From NCBI GenBank assembly GCA_963845245.1, contig CAWJRJ010000011.1:1-64000 (forward strand): a stretch of DNA of 64,000 bases, in the 5' to 3' direction. How positions within the stretch are numbered: the first letter of the stretch is position 1; each line of letters begins with the position of its first letter. The stretch is from Nitrospirota bacterium. GTDB taxonomy: Bacteria > Nitrospirota > JACRHJ01. A model generated the notes under the pieces. That model had not been told where the DNA came from. It saw only the letters and a list, made by a program, of their open reading frames with translations, and made no database searches. The position numbers and the translations under genes are program-made. Below, piece after piece: positions 1-10,497 of the stretch.

Positions 1-1337
1 GTGTACGTCACCTGCTGCGAGTGCACCGTCGGGCACGTCGACCGAGCCCGGCGGGCGTCGCGTAGAGCGTCGACCTCGTCGGTGCGCGCGTCGTAGGTGT
101 AGATGGTCGGAACCGTGGTGTGGTCGGTGAAGACGAACCAGGTGACCGGTCCGCCGTCGATGTGCTCGACGGGGCCGCCGATCGTGCCGGCACCGGGCAG
201 CTCGATGTCCTTGAGGTGGCCGCCGTCGGCAGGCGCGGTGCAGCGACATGTGCGCGACGCCGTGGCTGGTGCGCACGACGAGCAGCCGGTCCTCGTCGAG
301 CGTCGCGCCGTCGAGGACGGTCACCGACTCGAGCACCGCCTCGGGATCCTCGGGGATCAGGTCGGTCCAGTCGTCGGACGACCAGGTGCCGGGCGCTGGT
401 GACGGCCAGCGCGCCCGCGCGGGGCGTCCGAGATCCGTGCTGACGAGGATGCGGCCGTCGCGGCCGAAGGTGAGGCCCGTCTGCGCGTCGACGTCGCCCT
501 GCACGAGCGTGAACGCCGGCGCCTCCGAGCGGGCTGGTCGTCAGGTCGGCGACCCACAGGTCGTTGCGGGGCTCGGTGCCCTCGCTGCGCCGGACACCTG
601 CAGCCAGTGGCCGTCGCGGCTGACCTCGACGCCGTAGTAGTTGGTCATCGTCTGCCGGCGCCGAACACGAGCGATCGTCGGTCTCGGGCGACGCGCCGAC
701 GCGGTGGAGGTACACGCGACGGTGGAAGTTCTGCTCGGACTCGGGCAGCAGCTCGGGCGCGATCCGCCGCACGTAGTAGTACGACCGGCCCGCCGAGCAG
801 CCAGGCGACGGGGGAGTAGCGGCAGCGGTCGATCGGCCCCTCGATCGTCTCGCCGGTCGCCACGTCCATGACGTACAGGAGCGACTCCTCGTTGCCGCCC
901 ACGGACAGCTGGTAGGCGATGCGGTCGCCCTCCTTGGAGGGCTGCCAGCTGTCGAGCGTCGTGACCCCGCTCGGGTCGATCGCGATCGGGTCGATCAGCA
1001 CCCGCTCGGTGCCGTCGGCGTCGACCACGTAGAGGACGGAGAACTGCTGGCCGGGCTCGCGGCGGGTCAGGAAGTGGCGGCTCGCCGCGCCAGTAGGGCG
1101 GGGAGACGGTGCCGGCGCCGAGGAGCTCCTCGACGCGCTCCGGCGAAGCGCGTCGCGAGGGTCCACGCCGTCGCGCTCGTGCGCCATCAGCGCGGCCTGC
1201 TCGCCCAGCCACTCCTGCGGTGCGCGGGTCGTCGGCGGTCTCGAGCCAGCGGTACGGGTCGGCGACGGGCGTGCCGTGGAAGTCATCGACGAGATCGAGC
1301 CGAGGGGCGACGGGGTACGAGGGCGCGGGGCAGTCAC
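1..1337 (-). CDS. Prolyl oligopeptidase (S9A), N-terminal/beta-propeller part; runs off the window edge and has several frameshifts
   Basis: Across frames it reads '[16 protein letters not shown]' and '[27 protein letters not shown]'. GTG start at 1337. Very high GC; the indels are probably read errors. Confidence 0.85.
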
Positions 1338-1413
1338 GTCCCCCACCCTACGTATGACGCGCGCCCCCCACCCCGTCGAGCGGTGAGTTGCTGCCCGAAT
1401 TCGGGCGTGCTCT

Positions 1414-1457
1414 GTCTCAGGACATCCCGGACGGTTGAGTCTCAGGACATCCCGGAC
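1414..1457 (+). repeat. 19-bp direct repeat x2 (GTCTCAGGACATCCCGGAC), putative transposase-binding sites in the IS left end
   Basis: Identical copies at 1414-1432 and 1439-1457, 25-bp period. Confidence 0.9.
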
Positions 1458-1469
1458 AGTTCGGGGCAT

Positions 1470-2260
1470 GTGGATGAAACGAGCTCGCCGGTCGTTGTTC
1501 GTCTGGCGATCGCGAACTGGCCGGTCGATGCCGGTCATGGCGCGGTAGCGGAGTTCTGCCGGTCGAACGGGATCAGCCGGTCGTGGTTCTACGACCTTCG
1601 GGCTCGTGCGCGCGGGGACAGCCCGCTGGCGGTGGTGCGGCCGCAGTCGCGACGACCGTTGACGTCCCCGTCGAGAATCGTTGATGACGTCGAGGAGATC
1701 GCCCTGCAGGTCCGCGCGGACCTGATCAAGAACGGCTGGGACGGCGGCCCGATCAGTGTCCGTCACGCGATGCTCGAGGCCGGGTTGCCGGCTCCGTCGC
1801 GGTCGTCCTTAGCGCGGATCTTCTCCCGGCGCGGGGTCGTCACACCCAGTCCGAAGAAGCGGCCCAAGGCCACGCGCCGGTTCAGTACCCGGCGCCGAAC
1901 GAGTGCTGGCAGCTCGACGGGTTCGATCACGAACTAGCCAACGGCGTGACCGTGACGGTCCTGCAGGTCATCGACGATCACTCCCGTCGTATCCTGGCTT
2001 CCCGGGCCGCGCCGGGCGAGCGGACCGCGGACGTGCAGGCCGTGCTCGCTGCGGCGATCGCCAGAGTCGGTGCCCCGCAACGCTTCCTGTCTGACAACGG
2101 TGCGGCGCTGAACCCGTCCCGGCGGGGGCGGCGCGGCATCGTGGAGACGTGGCTGCGTGCGCTGGGCGTGCAGCCGATCACCTCCACCCCCGGGCATCCA
2201 CAGACCCAGGGCAAGTCCGAACGGCATCATCAGACGAGCCAGCGCTGGCTCGCCGCATCG
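1470..2260 (+). CDS. IS481-family DDE transposase (frameshift near 1884, 3' truncated)
   Basis: HTH 'VAEFCRSNGISRSWFY', then 'PNECWQLDG', 'VIDDHSR', 'FLSDNG' and 'QTQGKSERHHQT'. Confidence 0.85.
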
Positions 2261-3523
2261 CGGCATACTAAGCACCTTGACTACAAGTATGTAAACAAGT
2301 TTGTTGAAAAACTGGTATTTCTGGTCGATAATAGGCGCAAAGCTATCTATGCCTCAGTATTGGTTATTATGATAATTAGTGCTTATGGGATTACAAAAAT
2401 AAAAACAGAAAGTTTTATAATTGACGATATTCCAAAAAATGATCCGATTTATATGGATTTGAAGTTTCTTGAAACGAATATTGGTGGAGTAATGCCTTTG
2501 GAAATTACCATTGACACAAAAAAGAAAAAAGGCGTTGTTCAGTACAATACTCTTAAAAAGATGGATCAACTTACCAACAGGCTGGCTTCTCTGAAAGATT
2601 TATCAAAACCCACATCTATTGCAGATGCACTAAAATTTGCCCGTCAGGCCTACTACAATGGTAGTGAAAGTGCATACAAACTTCCTTCTCAACAAGAACT
2701 GGCATTCATTTTTCCATATTTGCCAAAACAAAGTGAAAATTCAAATTTCAACATTTTGAAATCATTTGTAGATAGCACAGAGCAAACAGCACGTATAAGT
2801 TATCGAATAAACGATATTGGTACAGCAAAAAACAGGGTTTTACTTGATAGTATTAACCGGATTGCTAGTGAGGTATTTCCTGAGCCGAAATATCATGTTG
2901 TAGTAACAGGTTCAAGTGTAGTATTTAATCAAGGAACATCATTTATGGTCGAAAATCTTTTTTCGAGTGTCATCCTTGCTATTGTGCTCATAGCTATTTT
3001 TATGGCTTCTATGTTTGTTTCATTAAGGATGATTATCATTTCTTTGGTTCCTAATTTTGTACCATTGCTTTTAACTGCGGCAGTTATGGGATATTTCAAT
3101 ATTCCACTCAAACCATCTACTATACTGGTTTTCAGTATTTCATTCGGAATTTCTGTCGACAATGCCATTCGTGTATTAGCTAAATATCGTCAGGATTTGA
3201 TAATCACAGGAGGAAAGATTCCTGAATCTACATTTCTGGCACTGCGAGAAATTGGTATAAGCGTAATTTATACGGCACTTATATTGTTTTTCGGTTTTGG
3301 AATTTTTACCATATCCAAATTCGGTGGAACTCAATCTCTCGGTTTATTGGTATCGATTACCCTGTTAATTTCTATGTTTTCAAATATGATATTTTTACCT
3401 GCCTTACTTTTGTCAATAAAACATTCTGTATCAGGTAAAGCATTTACCAAACCACTAATTGTATTTGAAGAAGTTAACGGAGATGGCTTTCAAAATTCCG
3501 AAGAAACATCAGAAAAAGAATGA
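2261..3523 (+). CDS. MMPL/RND-family transporter, C-terminal half (5' part missing)
   Basis: Periplasmic loop followed by TM helices with 'LVPNFVPL' and 'FGISVDNAI'. AT-rich codon usage, in frame with the transposase fragment. Confidence 0.85.
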   Translation, partial: RHTKHLDYKYVNKFVEKLVFLVDNRRKAIYASVLVIMIISAYGITKIKTESFIIDDIPKNDPIYMDLKFLETNIGGVMPLEITIDTKKKKGVVQYNTLKKMDQLTNRLASLKDLSKPTSIADALKFARQAYYNGSESAYKLPSQQELAFIFPYLPKQSENSNFNILKSFVDSTEQTARISYRINDIGTAKNRVLLDSINRIASEVFPEPKYHVVVTGSSVVFNQGTSFMVENLFSSVILAIVLIAIFMASMFVSLRMIIISLVPNFVPLLLTAAVMGYFNIPLKPSTILVFSISFGISVDNAIRVLAKYRQDLIITGGKIPESTFLALREIGISVIYTALILFFGFGIFTISKFGGTQSLGLLVSITLLISMFSNMIFLPALLLSIKHSVSGKAFTKPLIVFEEVNGDGFQNSEETSEKE

Positions 3524-4504
3524 AAAATTTGGATGATTTTGGTGAACTTTATGAAATAATTCAATCATCAATTGCTCAGCTCAAAATTGATGATGAACCT
3601 AAGGAACTATATCAACCTATTCAATACAGTCTTGATGTTGGGGGAAAACGAATCAGGCCAATACTTGTTTTGGCCGCATGTAAAATGTTTTCTGATGACA
3701 TAAAATCAGCTATCGCTCCAGCTCTTGCAGTTGAAATTTTTCATAATTTCACCCTGCTTCATGATGATATAATGGATAAGGCAGATTTAAGACGCAATAT
3801 GCCAACTGTGCATAAAAAATGGAGCGAAAACATTGCAATACTTTCAGGGGATGCAATGATGATAAAAGCATTTGAACAAATTATTAAATCTCCTGCACAA
3901 AATCTAATCCCCATTGTTGAATTATTCAATAAAACAGCTATAGAAGTTTGCGAAGGACAGCAGTTGGATATGAATTTTGAAACCCGTGAAACCGTTACAG
4001 AGAATGAATATATTGAAATGATAAGACTTAAAACTTCGGTTTTGCTTGCTGCAAGCCTTAAAATAGGTGCACTTTCAGGTTTGGCCAGCAAATCGGATGC
4101 TGATAAATTATATAACTTTGGACTTAATCTGGGATTGGCTTTTCAACTTCAGGACGACTATCTGGATGTTTATGGAGATCAGCAGAAATTTGGGAAGAAA
4201 ATTGGGGGAGATATAGTTGCCAACAAGAAAACCTATTTACTCATTAAAGCTGTTGAACTTGCCGGAAAAGAGGATCAATTTACAATTGCTAAACTTTTAA
4301 CTGACCATAACATTGATGCTGAGTTTAAAATTAAAAAGCATGATTTCTATTTTTAATAAATTAAAAATTAAACAGTTGGTTAAAGCAAAAATGGAACTGT
4401 ATTATAGACAGGCAATGCAGGCTATAAATTCAGTTGATGTAATCCATTCAAATAAAATTCTACTGATTGAATTTGCTAATAAATTGATGGAAAGGGAAAG
4501 ATAG
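3520..4504 (+). CDS. Polyprenyl diphosphate synthetase (one frameshift in the A-run near 4335)
   Basis: 'GGKRIRP' and two DDxxD motifs (LLHDDIMD, QLQDDYLD). The C-terminus continues in ORF 4313-4504. Confidence 0.92.
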
Positions 4505-4555
4505 AATTTCACAAAGCCTAGAAGAGATTTTAGATTCTAATCAACATCAAATAAA

Positions 4556-5636
4556 ATGAAACATTATGGAAAAATTGATGGATTAAGATTTATAGCAATA
4601 GCTCTGGTTTTAGTTCATCATTTTAGCTATTCAATTGGTAGAAATTTTACTATTGGATACTATGGTGTTGATTTATTTTTTGTAATTAGTGGATTTCTGA
4701 TTACCTTAATTTTATGTAAATCTAAAGGAAACTTTAAAAGTGCGTATAAAAACTTTATTGGAAGAAGAACTTTGAGGATTTTCCCTATCTATTACTTAAC
4801 GGTCTTGATACTTTATCTTTTAAATCTGGAAGTAGTTAGAAATTATTTACTTACTATTTTAACATATACATTTAATTATACAATTGCTTATAACAAACTT
4901 CCATTAACACCTATCAGTCATTTTTGGTCGTTATGTGTTGAAGAACAATTTTATCTTTTTTGGCCCTTCATTGTGCTCCCTTTGAGAAATAATTACAGAT
5001 ACTTAGTTTGGGCTATAATTACAATTTCAATATTTAGCTTTTCTCAGTTGGCAATAGGTTATATAAGTTGGATGAAACCATATTATTATCTTCATCTGTT
5101 TACAAGAATGGGTTCGCTGGGATTAGGCGCTTTAGCAGCAATGTTGCGTTATTACCAATAATCTGCCAATCAAATTACTAGAAGATAAATTTTTTGAATA
5201 TCTAATATTTTTAATTTTAATCTATTCTTTGTTTGATGATTCTCAACTTAAATATTTAGCATTTTCATTTTGTTCACTCTATTTTGTGCTCAAATCTGTT
5301 CATTCAGGTTTTAATTTAGGATTTATTAATTTTATCCTTGAAAACAAAACAATTAGATTTATTGGTACAATTTCATACGGGATATACATTTATCATCTGC
5401 CGTTAGGATATTACTTTTCAAAATATATATTCGATCCCATTTGGTTAAATAATGATTTCTGGAATTATTTCGATTCTCATCATTTGAGTCACTTAAGAAT
5501 ATTTTATTTGAATAAGTGGCTCATTCAAATTCCATTGTATAGTACACTAAGTATTCTTATTGCACTTATTTCGTACAAATATATAGAATCACCTATTCTC
5601 AGGTTAAAGAATAAGTTTTTCAGCCGGGAATTTTAA
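4556..5636 (+). CDS. Acyltransferase family 3 (OafA/YrhL-like), frameshift near 5160
   Basis: 'IDGLRFIA', 'GVDLFFVISGFLI', 'HFWSLCVEEQFY' and 'ISYGIYIYH', split over two ORFs. Confidence 0.88.
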
Positions 5637-5669
5637 ATTCCTTTCTAATTGAATTAAACTAAGAAAAAG

Positions 5670-6428
5670 CTATTGAAAAAACATTAACCGTCCTTTTCCA
5701 CAAGTAGCATCACCCCAAAAACCAAAGAAATAGTTCACTTCTACCATTAATTTTAATGTAAATGGGTTAGTACTTGAATTAAAGGTACCTGTTGGATTAT
5801 AAACCCCATCATTCAATACATAATAATTATCATTAATCACAAAATCGCCAAAAGTATAACTTCCTCTCAGGCCAAGGTTAACCTGAAGACGATCACCATT
5901 GACAACTGCAAAACCTAATCCACTTGTCAGACTGGTAAATTTTTCACTGAAATTAGCCATATAATCACCATTTTCGGAAGTAAATGATCCATCCTTGGAA
6001 TTTTCGACACTGGCAGATTTTAAGGTTGAAAACTGAGGGCCAACTTCAAAATAAAAACCATAACTGCTTATGTATCTTAAAGAAACAAAATAATCAAGCG
6101 ATTTAAATTTTTGTATCTTCGAATAAGTTGCTACGCCATCATCAATATTATACTCCTGGCTAAATCCAGAGAACAAAGGCTCAAAATTGATTCCAATATG
6201 ATCGCCATAGGTTATGCCAAAGCGTCCTCCATATGAATATGATGGGCTCAAGAAACTGATTGATACGTTGTTATCAGCCATAACATCACTATTAAATAGC
6301 AATGATCCACCATATCCTCCTTTTATTGCCAGACTAAGCCACTTAATCTCTCCATTTCCTCTGCGGTGCTGACCAATAGCCGAACCAATAAAAACCATGC
6401 ATAAGGCAATTAATATAAGTTTTTTCAT
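5670..6428 (-). CDS. Outer-membrane beta-barrel protein (Bacteroidota type)
   Basis: Signal peptide and alternating Gly/aromatic beta-strand pattern ('GFYFEVGPQFSTL', 'LQVNLGLRGSY'). Confidence 0.7.
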   Translation of the reverse strand: MKKLILIALCMVFIGSAIGQHRRGNGEIKWLSLAIKGGYGGSLLFNSDVMADNNVSISFLSPSYSYGGRFGITYGDHIGINFEPLFSGFSQEYNIDDGVATYSKIQKFKSLDYFVSLRYISSYGFYFEVGPQFSTLKSASVENSKDGSFTSENGDYMANFSEKFTSLTSGLGFAVVNGDRLQVNLGLRGSYTFGDFVINDNYYVLNDGVYNPTGTFNSSTNPFTLKLMVEVNYFFGFWGDATCGKGRLMFFQ

Positions 6429-6573
6429 ATTTTTAGTATTAAATATTTCGAAACATTGTAGAACTGTTTATAATAGATTCAATATCCATCGATAAAGTTG
6501 CATTTCAATTAAAAAAAGCAAGAAGAACAAATAATGTAAAAAACATTCGTTGTATACTAACAAGTTTATTTAA

Positions 6574-7581
6574 TTAATGATCCTGTTCAACAGGATATTG
6601 AAAATCAGCATAAATCCTGCCAACTTCATCAATTAGTTCCAATACTTTTTCAGGCTCAGTTGTTGTAACCAATTTGAATCTCATATCTTTAAAATCGGGC
6701 AATCCTTTGAAATAAGTAATTAAATGCCTGCGCATTTCGTTAACTCCACGCCGCTCGCCTTTATATTCGACCGATTTGGTGAAATGAAGTTTGGCCATCT
6801 CCACTTTTTCCAAAACCGAAAATGGTTTCATTTCAGATCCTGTATCAAGAAAATGTCTGATTTCTTTAAAAATGTATGGCCTTCCAATTGTGCCCCTCCC
6901 AATCATTACTCCATCAACTCCATATTTATCAAAAGCCTCTTTAGCTTTCTGAGGAGATGTTATATCTCCATTACCAATTACCGGAATTTTTACTTTAGGA
7001 TTATTTTTTACCCTCCCAATAGTTTCCCAGTCAGCACTACCTTTGTATAATTGGGCCCTTGTTCTACCGTGAAGCGTAAGAGCCTTAATGCCTACATCCT
7101 GCAACATTTCAGCAAGTTCAACAATGATGATTTCATCAGAATCCCAGCCAAGACGGGTTTTAACAGTAACCGGCAAATGTGTTGATTTTACAATCTCTGC
7201 CGTCATTTTTAACAACTTTGGAACATCGCGGAGCATTCCGGCACCTGCGCCTCGTATTGCAATTTTTTTAACCGGACAACCAAAATTGATATCTATTAAA
7301 TCGGGACCTACATTGGTAGCAATTTTTGTTGATTCTACCATAGCATCTATATTATGACCATAAAGCTGAATGCCGATAGGCCGCTCTTTTTCAGTTATTT
7401 CCAATTTTTTAAACGATTTTTCTACGTCCCTTATCAAAGCTTCCGATGCAATAAATTCGGTATACATCATATCAGCTCCAAAATGCTTGCATAAATGACG
7501 AAATGATGGATTTGTTACATCTTCCATCGGTGCAAGAAATAGTGGGTAATCGGGCAATTCTATATTCTCAATTTTAAGCAA
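6574..7581 (-). CDS. dusB: tRNA-dihydrouridine synthase B
   Basis: 'LAPMEDVT', 'IDINFGCPVKK', 'TVKTRLGW', 'LHGRT' and 'VIGNGDI'. Confidence 0.95.
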   Translation of the reverse strand: MLKIENIELPDYPLFLAPMEDVTNPSFRHLCKHFGADMMYTEFIASEALIRDVEKSFKKLEITEKERPIGIQLYGHNIDAMVESTKIATNVGPDLIDINFGCPVKKIAIRGAGAGMLRDVPKLLKMTAEIVKSTHLPVTVKTRLGWDSDEIIIVELAEMLQDVGIKALTLHGRTRAQLYKGSADWETIGRVKNNPKVKIPVIGNGDITSPQKAKEAFDKYGVDGVMIGRGTIGRPYIFKEIRHFLDTGSEMKPFSVLEKVEMAKLHFTKSVEYKGERRGVNEMRRHLITYFKGLPDFKDMRFKLVTTTEPEKVLELIDEVGRIYADFQYPVEQDH

Positions 7582-7606
7582 TGAGTATCAAATTAGTTTT
7601 GGCGCG

Positions 7607-7614
7607 CAAAAATA
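7607..7614 (-). promoter_or_regulatory. Bacteroidota-type -7 promoter box for dusB
   Basis: Minus strand TATTTTTG(C) matches TAnnTTTG, 25 bp upstream of the dusB start. Confidence 0.55.
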
Positions 7615-7789
7615 TAGAATCATTATACAATTTGAAAATCATTAGCCAACTAATTTTCTGGTTATCAATCTAAATTAACTATTTCAGTACTTTTTAACAA
7701 TATTTAATTTAAACTCAATTTGGAATCTCAGATTTAGATTATGTTTCTTTACCATTAAACCATTTCGGTCGAATAGAAAATAAAAATGC

Positions 7790-8206
7790 GAGTACTTCAG
7801 CTGCATTACTACCAATTTCGTCCAGAAAAGGGTTGACCACAGGTACAGCAAGGTCTTCGAAGGATTCCTGAAGACCATACACGAACCCGAGATAAAAAAG
7901 ACCCTTCAGTTCGCACTGCCCTACCTGCGCCCGACGTTCCAGGGCGAGGCGATACTCAGCATGGGCAAGAGCGTGGACTACACGAAGCATGGAGTCACCG
8001 GCATCATAAACGCGATGCCCTTCAACTGCATGCCGGGCACTATCGTCACCGCACTACTCAAGAAGTTCTCGGACGACCACGACGGTTTTCCGCACATCAC
8101 CATGACCTACGACGGGCATGAGCAGGCAAACGCGATGACCAGGCTTGAGGCCTTCATACACCAGGCAAAGCAGAGGCATGAGGAAAGGAACCTTGCAAGG
8201 ACCTGA
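7790..8206 (+). CDS. C-terminal fragment of an acyl-CoA dehydratase activase-associated protein (5' end lost at the junction)
   Basis: The frame is open upstream of the called ATG: 'YLRPTFQGEAILSMGKS...IINAMPFNCMPGTIV...YDG...TRLEAF'. Confidence 0.8.
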   Translation, partial: EYFSCITTNFVQKRVDHRYSKVFEGFLKTIHEPEIKKTLQFALPYLRPTFQGEAILSMGKSVDYTKHGVTGIINAMPFNCMPGTIVTALLKKFSDDHDGFPHITMTYDGHEQANAMTRLEAFIHQAKQRHEERNLART

Positions 8207-8223
8207 TCCGACAAAAATGTCGC

Positions 8224-8253
8224 TTGACAAAAAGTGATTCCTTACTGTATAAG
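8224..8253 (+). promoter_or_regulatory. Sigma70-like promoter, probably giving a near-leaderless transcript of the 8262 ORF
   Basis: TTGACA at 8224-8229 and TATAAG at 8248-8253. The ATG is 8 nt further on with no SD sequence. Confidence 0.55.
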
Positions 8254-8261
8254 TTAAGTAT

Positions 8262-8669
8262 ATGAGGACTGTATTCAGGGTATTACTTACTGCGGTTGTG
8301 GTCTTGAACCTCGCCATGGGCGGCGTGGTTCCGGCTATGGCATGCCATACAGCAAAGCCCGCCATGATGCAGGGCTGCAGCTGTTGCGGCGGACAGGCGA
8401 TGCAGGAAAGCGGCTGCTCTGAGGATAGCGTAAATATCGTCCCGGCCAACGGTTGCGGCTGCAACATGAAGACGGGCGACGGGCAATCGTCCTCTGAATT
8501 TACACTTAACAATACACCCGATAAACTTCAATACAGTATCATGCCGACGCGTATCACGACCGCGGCGGCAGATATCAAAAACGGCCTCCTGGGCGCAAAG
8601 TCCGTAAAGGACTTCTGCGCCTTCGAGTCGCCTCCCCTTTACGAGCTGACCTCGTCCTATCTCTGCTGA
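8262..8669 (+). CDS. Secreted Cys-rich putative metal-binding leader protein (DUF2946/CutF-like architecture)
   Basis: Signal-like N-terminus, 'ACH', 'GCSCCG' and 'GCGC', C-terminal 'SPPLYEL'. First gene of the metal efflux operon. Confidence 0.6.
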   Translation: MRTVFRVLLTAVVVLNLAMGGVVPAMACHTAKPAMMQGCSCCGGQAMQESGCSEDSVNIVPANGCGCNMKTGDGQSSSEFTLNNTPDKLQYSIMPTRITTAAADIKNGLLGAKSVKDFCAFESPPLYELTSSYLC

Positions 8670-8811
8670 ACCTCATCTTCTGCGACCGACATCCGACGGG
8701 AAAATTGCCCCTTAGCTATTGCTCCGCAATTCGCCTGGATGCCGCAACACCTTTATTTACCTAAGTTTTTAGGAAAACCTGACGAAGAGAAGATGTATAC
8801 GGGAGGAAACC

Positions 8812-9087
8812 ATGAAGAAACTGACAGTCTTATTTGCGGTATTTGCATTTCTTTCGCTCACATCCCTTGCGGCTGTTGCAGGTCAACACGAAGGTCATGA
8901 AACCCCGGCACCCGCAACCGACGTAACCAAGGGTGTATTCAAGGACCCGGTCTGCGGGATGGACGTAACCATCAAGGGCGCGAAATACATGTGCGAATAC
9001 AAGAAGAACAAGTACTACTTCTGCTCTAAAGACGACATGGAGAAATTCAAGAAGAGCCCGGCGAAATATCTCAACAAAAAAAAGTAA
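8812..9087 (+). CDS. Periplasmic YHS-domain protein
   Basis: Signal peptide, 'HEGH', 'KDPVCGM...YYFCS...KFKKSPAKY'. GGAGG RBS. Confidence 0.9.
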   Translation: MKKLTVLFAVFAFLSLTSLAAVAGQHEGHETPAPATDVTKGVFKDPVCGMDVTIKGAKYMCEYKKNKYYFCSKDDMEKFKKSPAKYLNKKK

Positions 9088-9213
9088 TGGAAGCATATAC
9101 GAGGGGGCGGGTCTGCTCCCTCTCCCCTTCTCACTGTAAACAGCCCTTTTCTTTGACGGGAGGATGTGCATCTGTTATATTTCATAAAGGTTATCACATT
9201 TAAAGGGTTTGAA

Positions 9214-10488
9214 ATGCGAAAGAATCTGGTAGCAGTATTCATAATGGCGATTGCCACTATTCTGAACTCCAGCATTGCTATGGCTGACGACGTGCCTGCG
9301 CCTATCAAGCTTAGTGACCTGCTGGTAGAAGCTGAGAAGGCCAACCCGATGCTCGCGGCCAAGCGTAGCGCGTATGAGGCGGCCAAGGAGCGCATACCCC
9401 AGGCGGGCGCGTTTGACAACCCGATGTTAGGGTTAGGGGTCCAGAGCGTCCCTGTGGACACCTTCGCGTTCAACCGCGACGGCATGACGGGCAAGATGCT
9501 TGAGCTGTCGCAGGCCGTCCCATTTTTTGGCAAACGGGAGCTGAGGCGGCAGGCGGCAAGCTACGAGGCGGCCGCGGTGGAAGCCGAGTATTTGGGACAG
9601 GCATTGATGCTGCGCTCAGAGGTGAAACAGGCATTCTTTGACCTCTACTCCATACGAAAATCGCTCCAGACGGTGGAGAAGAACCTAGACCTTATGGACA
9701 CGTTCAAGAAGGCTGCCGAGGCGCGCTATTCGGTCGGCAAGGGCATGCTGAAGGACGTCATCAAGTCCCAGGTCGAGATATCCATGCTGGTCGAGAAACG
9801 CATAGACCTGGAGCGGGAGGAGCAGGCGAAGAGGGCGTACCTGGCATCCCTGCTCGGGCGCGAGACGCCTGCCGTCGGTGAGGTTGAAGACATCACGCCC
9901 ACACAGATAAAGCTCGACCGTGAGGCGATAGTAGCGCAGGCAGTCCAGATGAGGCCAGCAATAGCCGCCGCGTCTTCGAAGGTAGAAGAGGCGAAGGCAA
10001 AGGCCGGGCTTGCATACAGGGAGCGCTACCCCGATTTCAGCTTTAAGGTCAACTATATGCAGCGGGACAAGCTGAAGGGCGGGATGGACCAGCCGGATAT
10101 GGTGTCGGCGATGGTATCTGTCGACCTTCCGGTATGGTACGGGTCAAAACTGAACCCGATGGTGCGCGAGGCGGCGGCGGAGCAAGCGATGGCTGCAAAC
10201 GAGCGGGGCGCCGCACTCGTCGAGACCCGGTCGAAGATATACACGATGGCAAGCGAGATAGATCAGTCTGACCGGATGCTGAAGCTGTACAAGGACGTGC
10301 TCATCCCGCAGGCGAACGAGGACGTGGCCGCAGGGCTCGCAGCGTACGAGACGGGCGGGGGCGACTTCCTGATGCTGCTCGATTCCAGACGCACCCTCTT
10401 CGACCTGGAGCTTTCCTACTACAAGACGCTCGCTATGCGCGAGAAGGCCGTGGCCGAACTTGGTGCCATGGCCGGCAAGGAGTTTTAA
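9214..10488 (+). CDS. TolC-family outer membrane efflux protein (CusC-like)
   Basis: Signal peptide, 'ANPML', duplicated OEP repeats and 'YETGGGDFLMLLD'. Lies upstream of cusBA-like genes. Confidence 0.9.
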   Translation: MRKNLVAVFIMAIATILNSSIAMADDVPAPIKLSDLLVEAEKANPMLAAKRSAYEAAKERIPQAGAFDNPMLGLGVQSVPVDTFAFNRDGMTGKMLELSQAVPFFGKRELRRQAASYEAAAVEAEYLGQALMLRSEVKQAFFDLYSIRKSLQTVEKNLDLMDTFKKAAEARYSVGKGMLKDVIKSQVEISMLVEKRIDLEREEQAKRAYLASLLGRETPAVGEVEDITPTQIKLDREAIVAQAVQMRPAIAAASSKVEEAKAKAGLAYRERYPDFSFKVNYMQRDKLKGGMDQPDMVSAMVSVDLPVWYGSKLNPMVREAAAEQAMAANERGAALVETRSKIYTMASEIDQSDRMLKLYKDVLIPQANEDVAAGLAAYETGGGDFLMLLDSRRTLFDLELSYYKTLAMREKAVAELGAMAGKEF

Positions 10489-10497
10489 GGGGAGAAC

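Larger units (their letters stand above)
1413..2260 (+). mobile_element. IS481-family insertion sequence, left end plus truncated transposase; right end absent
   Basis: Starts with TGT at 1413 and has two 19-bp direct repeats, followed by an HTH plus rve/DDE transposase. It is cut off at the composition switch near 2260. Confidence 0.85.

Noticed and set aside
1414..1457. CRISPR-like repeats
   Set aside because: Only two 19-bp copies with a 6-bp gap, located in an IS end; no cas genes in the window.
1946..3523. 525-aa transposase-MMPL fusion protein
   Set aside because: It spans an abrupt composition break, and both halves are truncated. A chance in-frame chimeric join is more likely.
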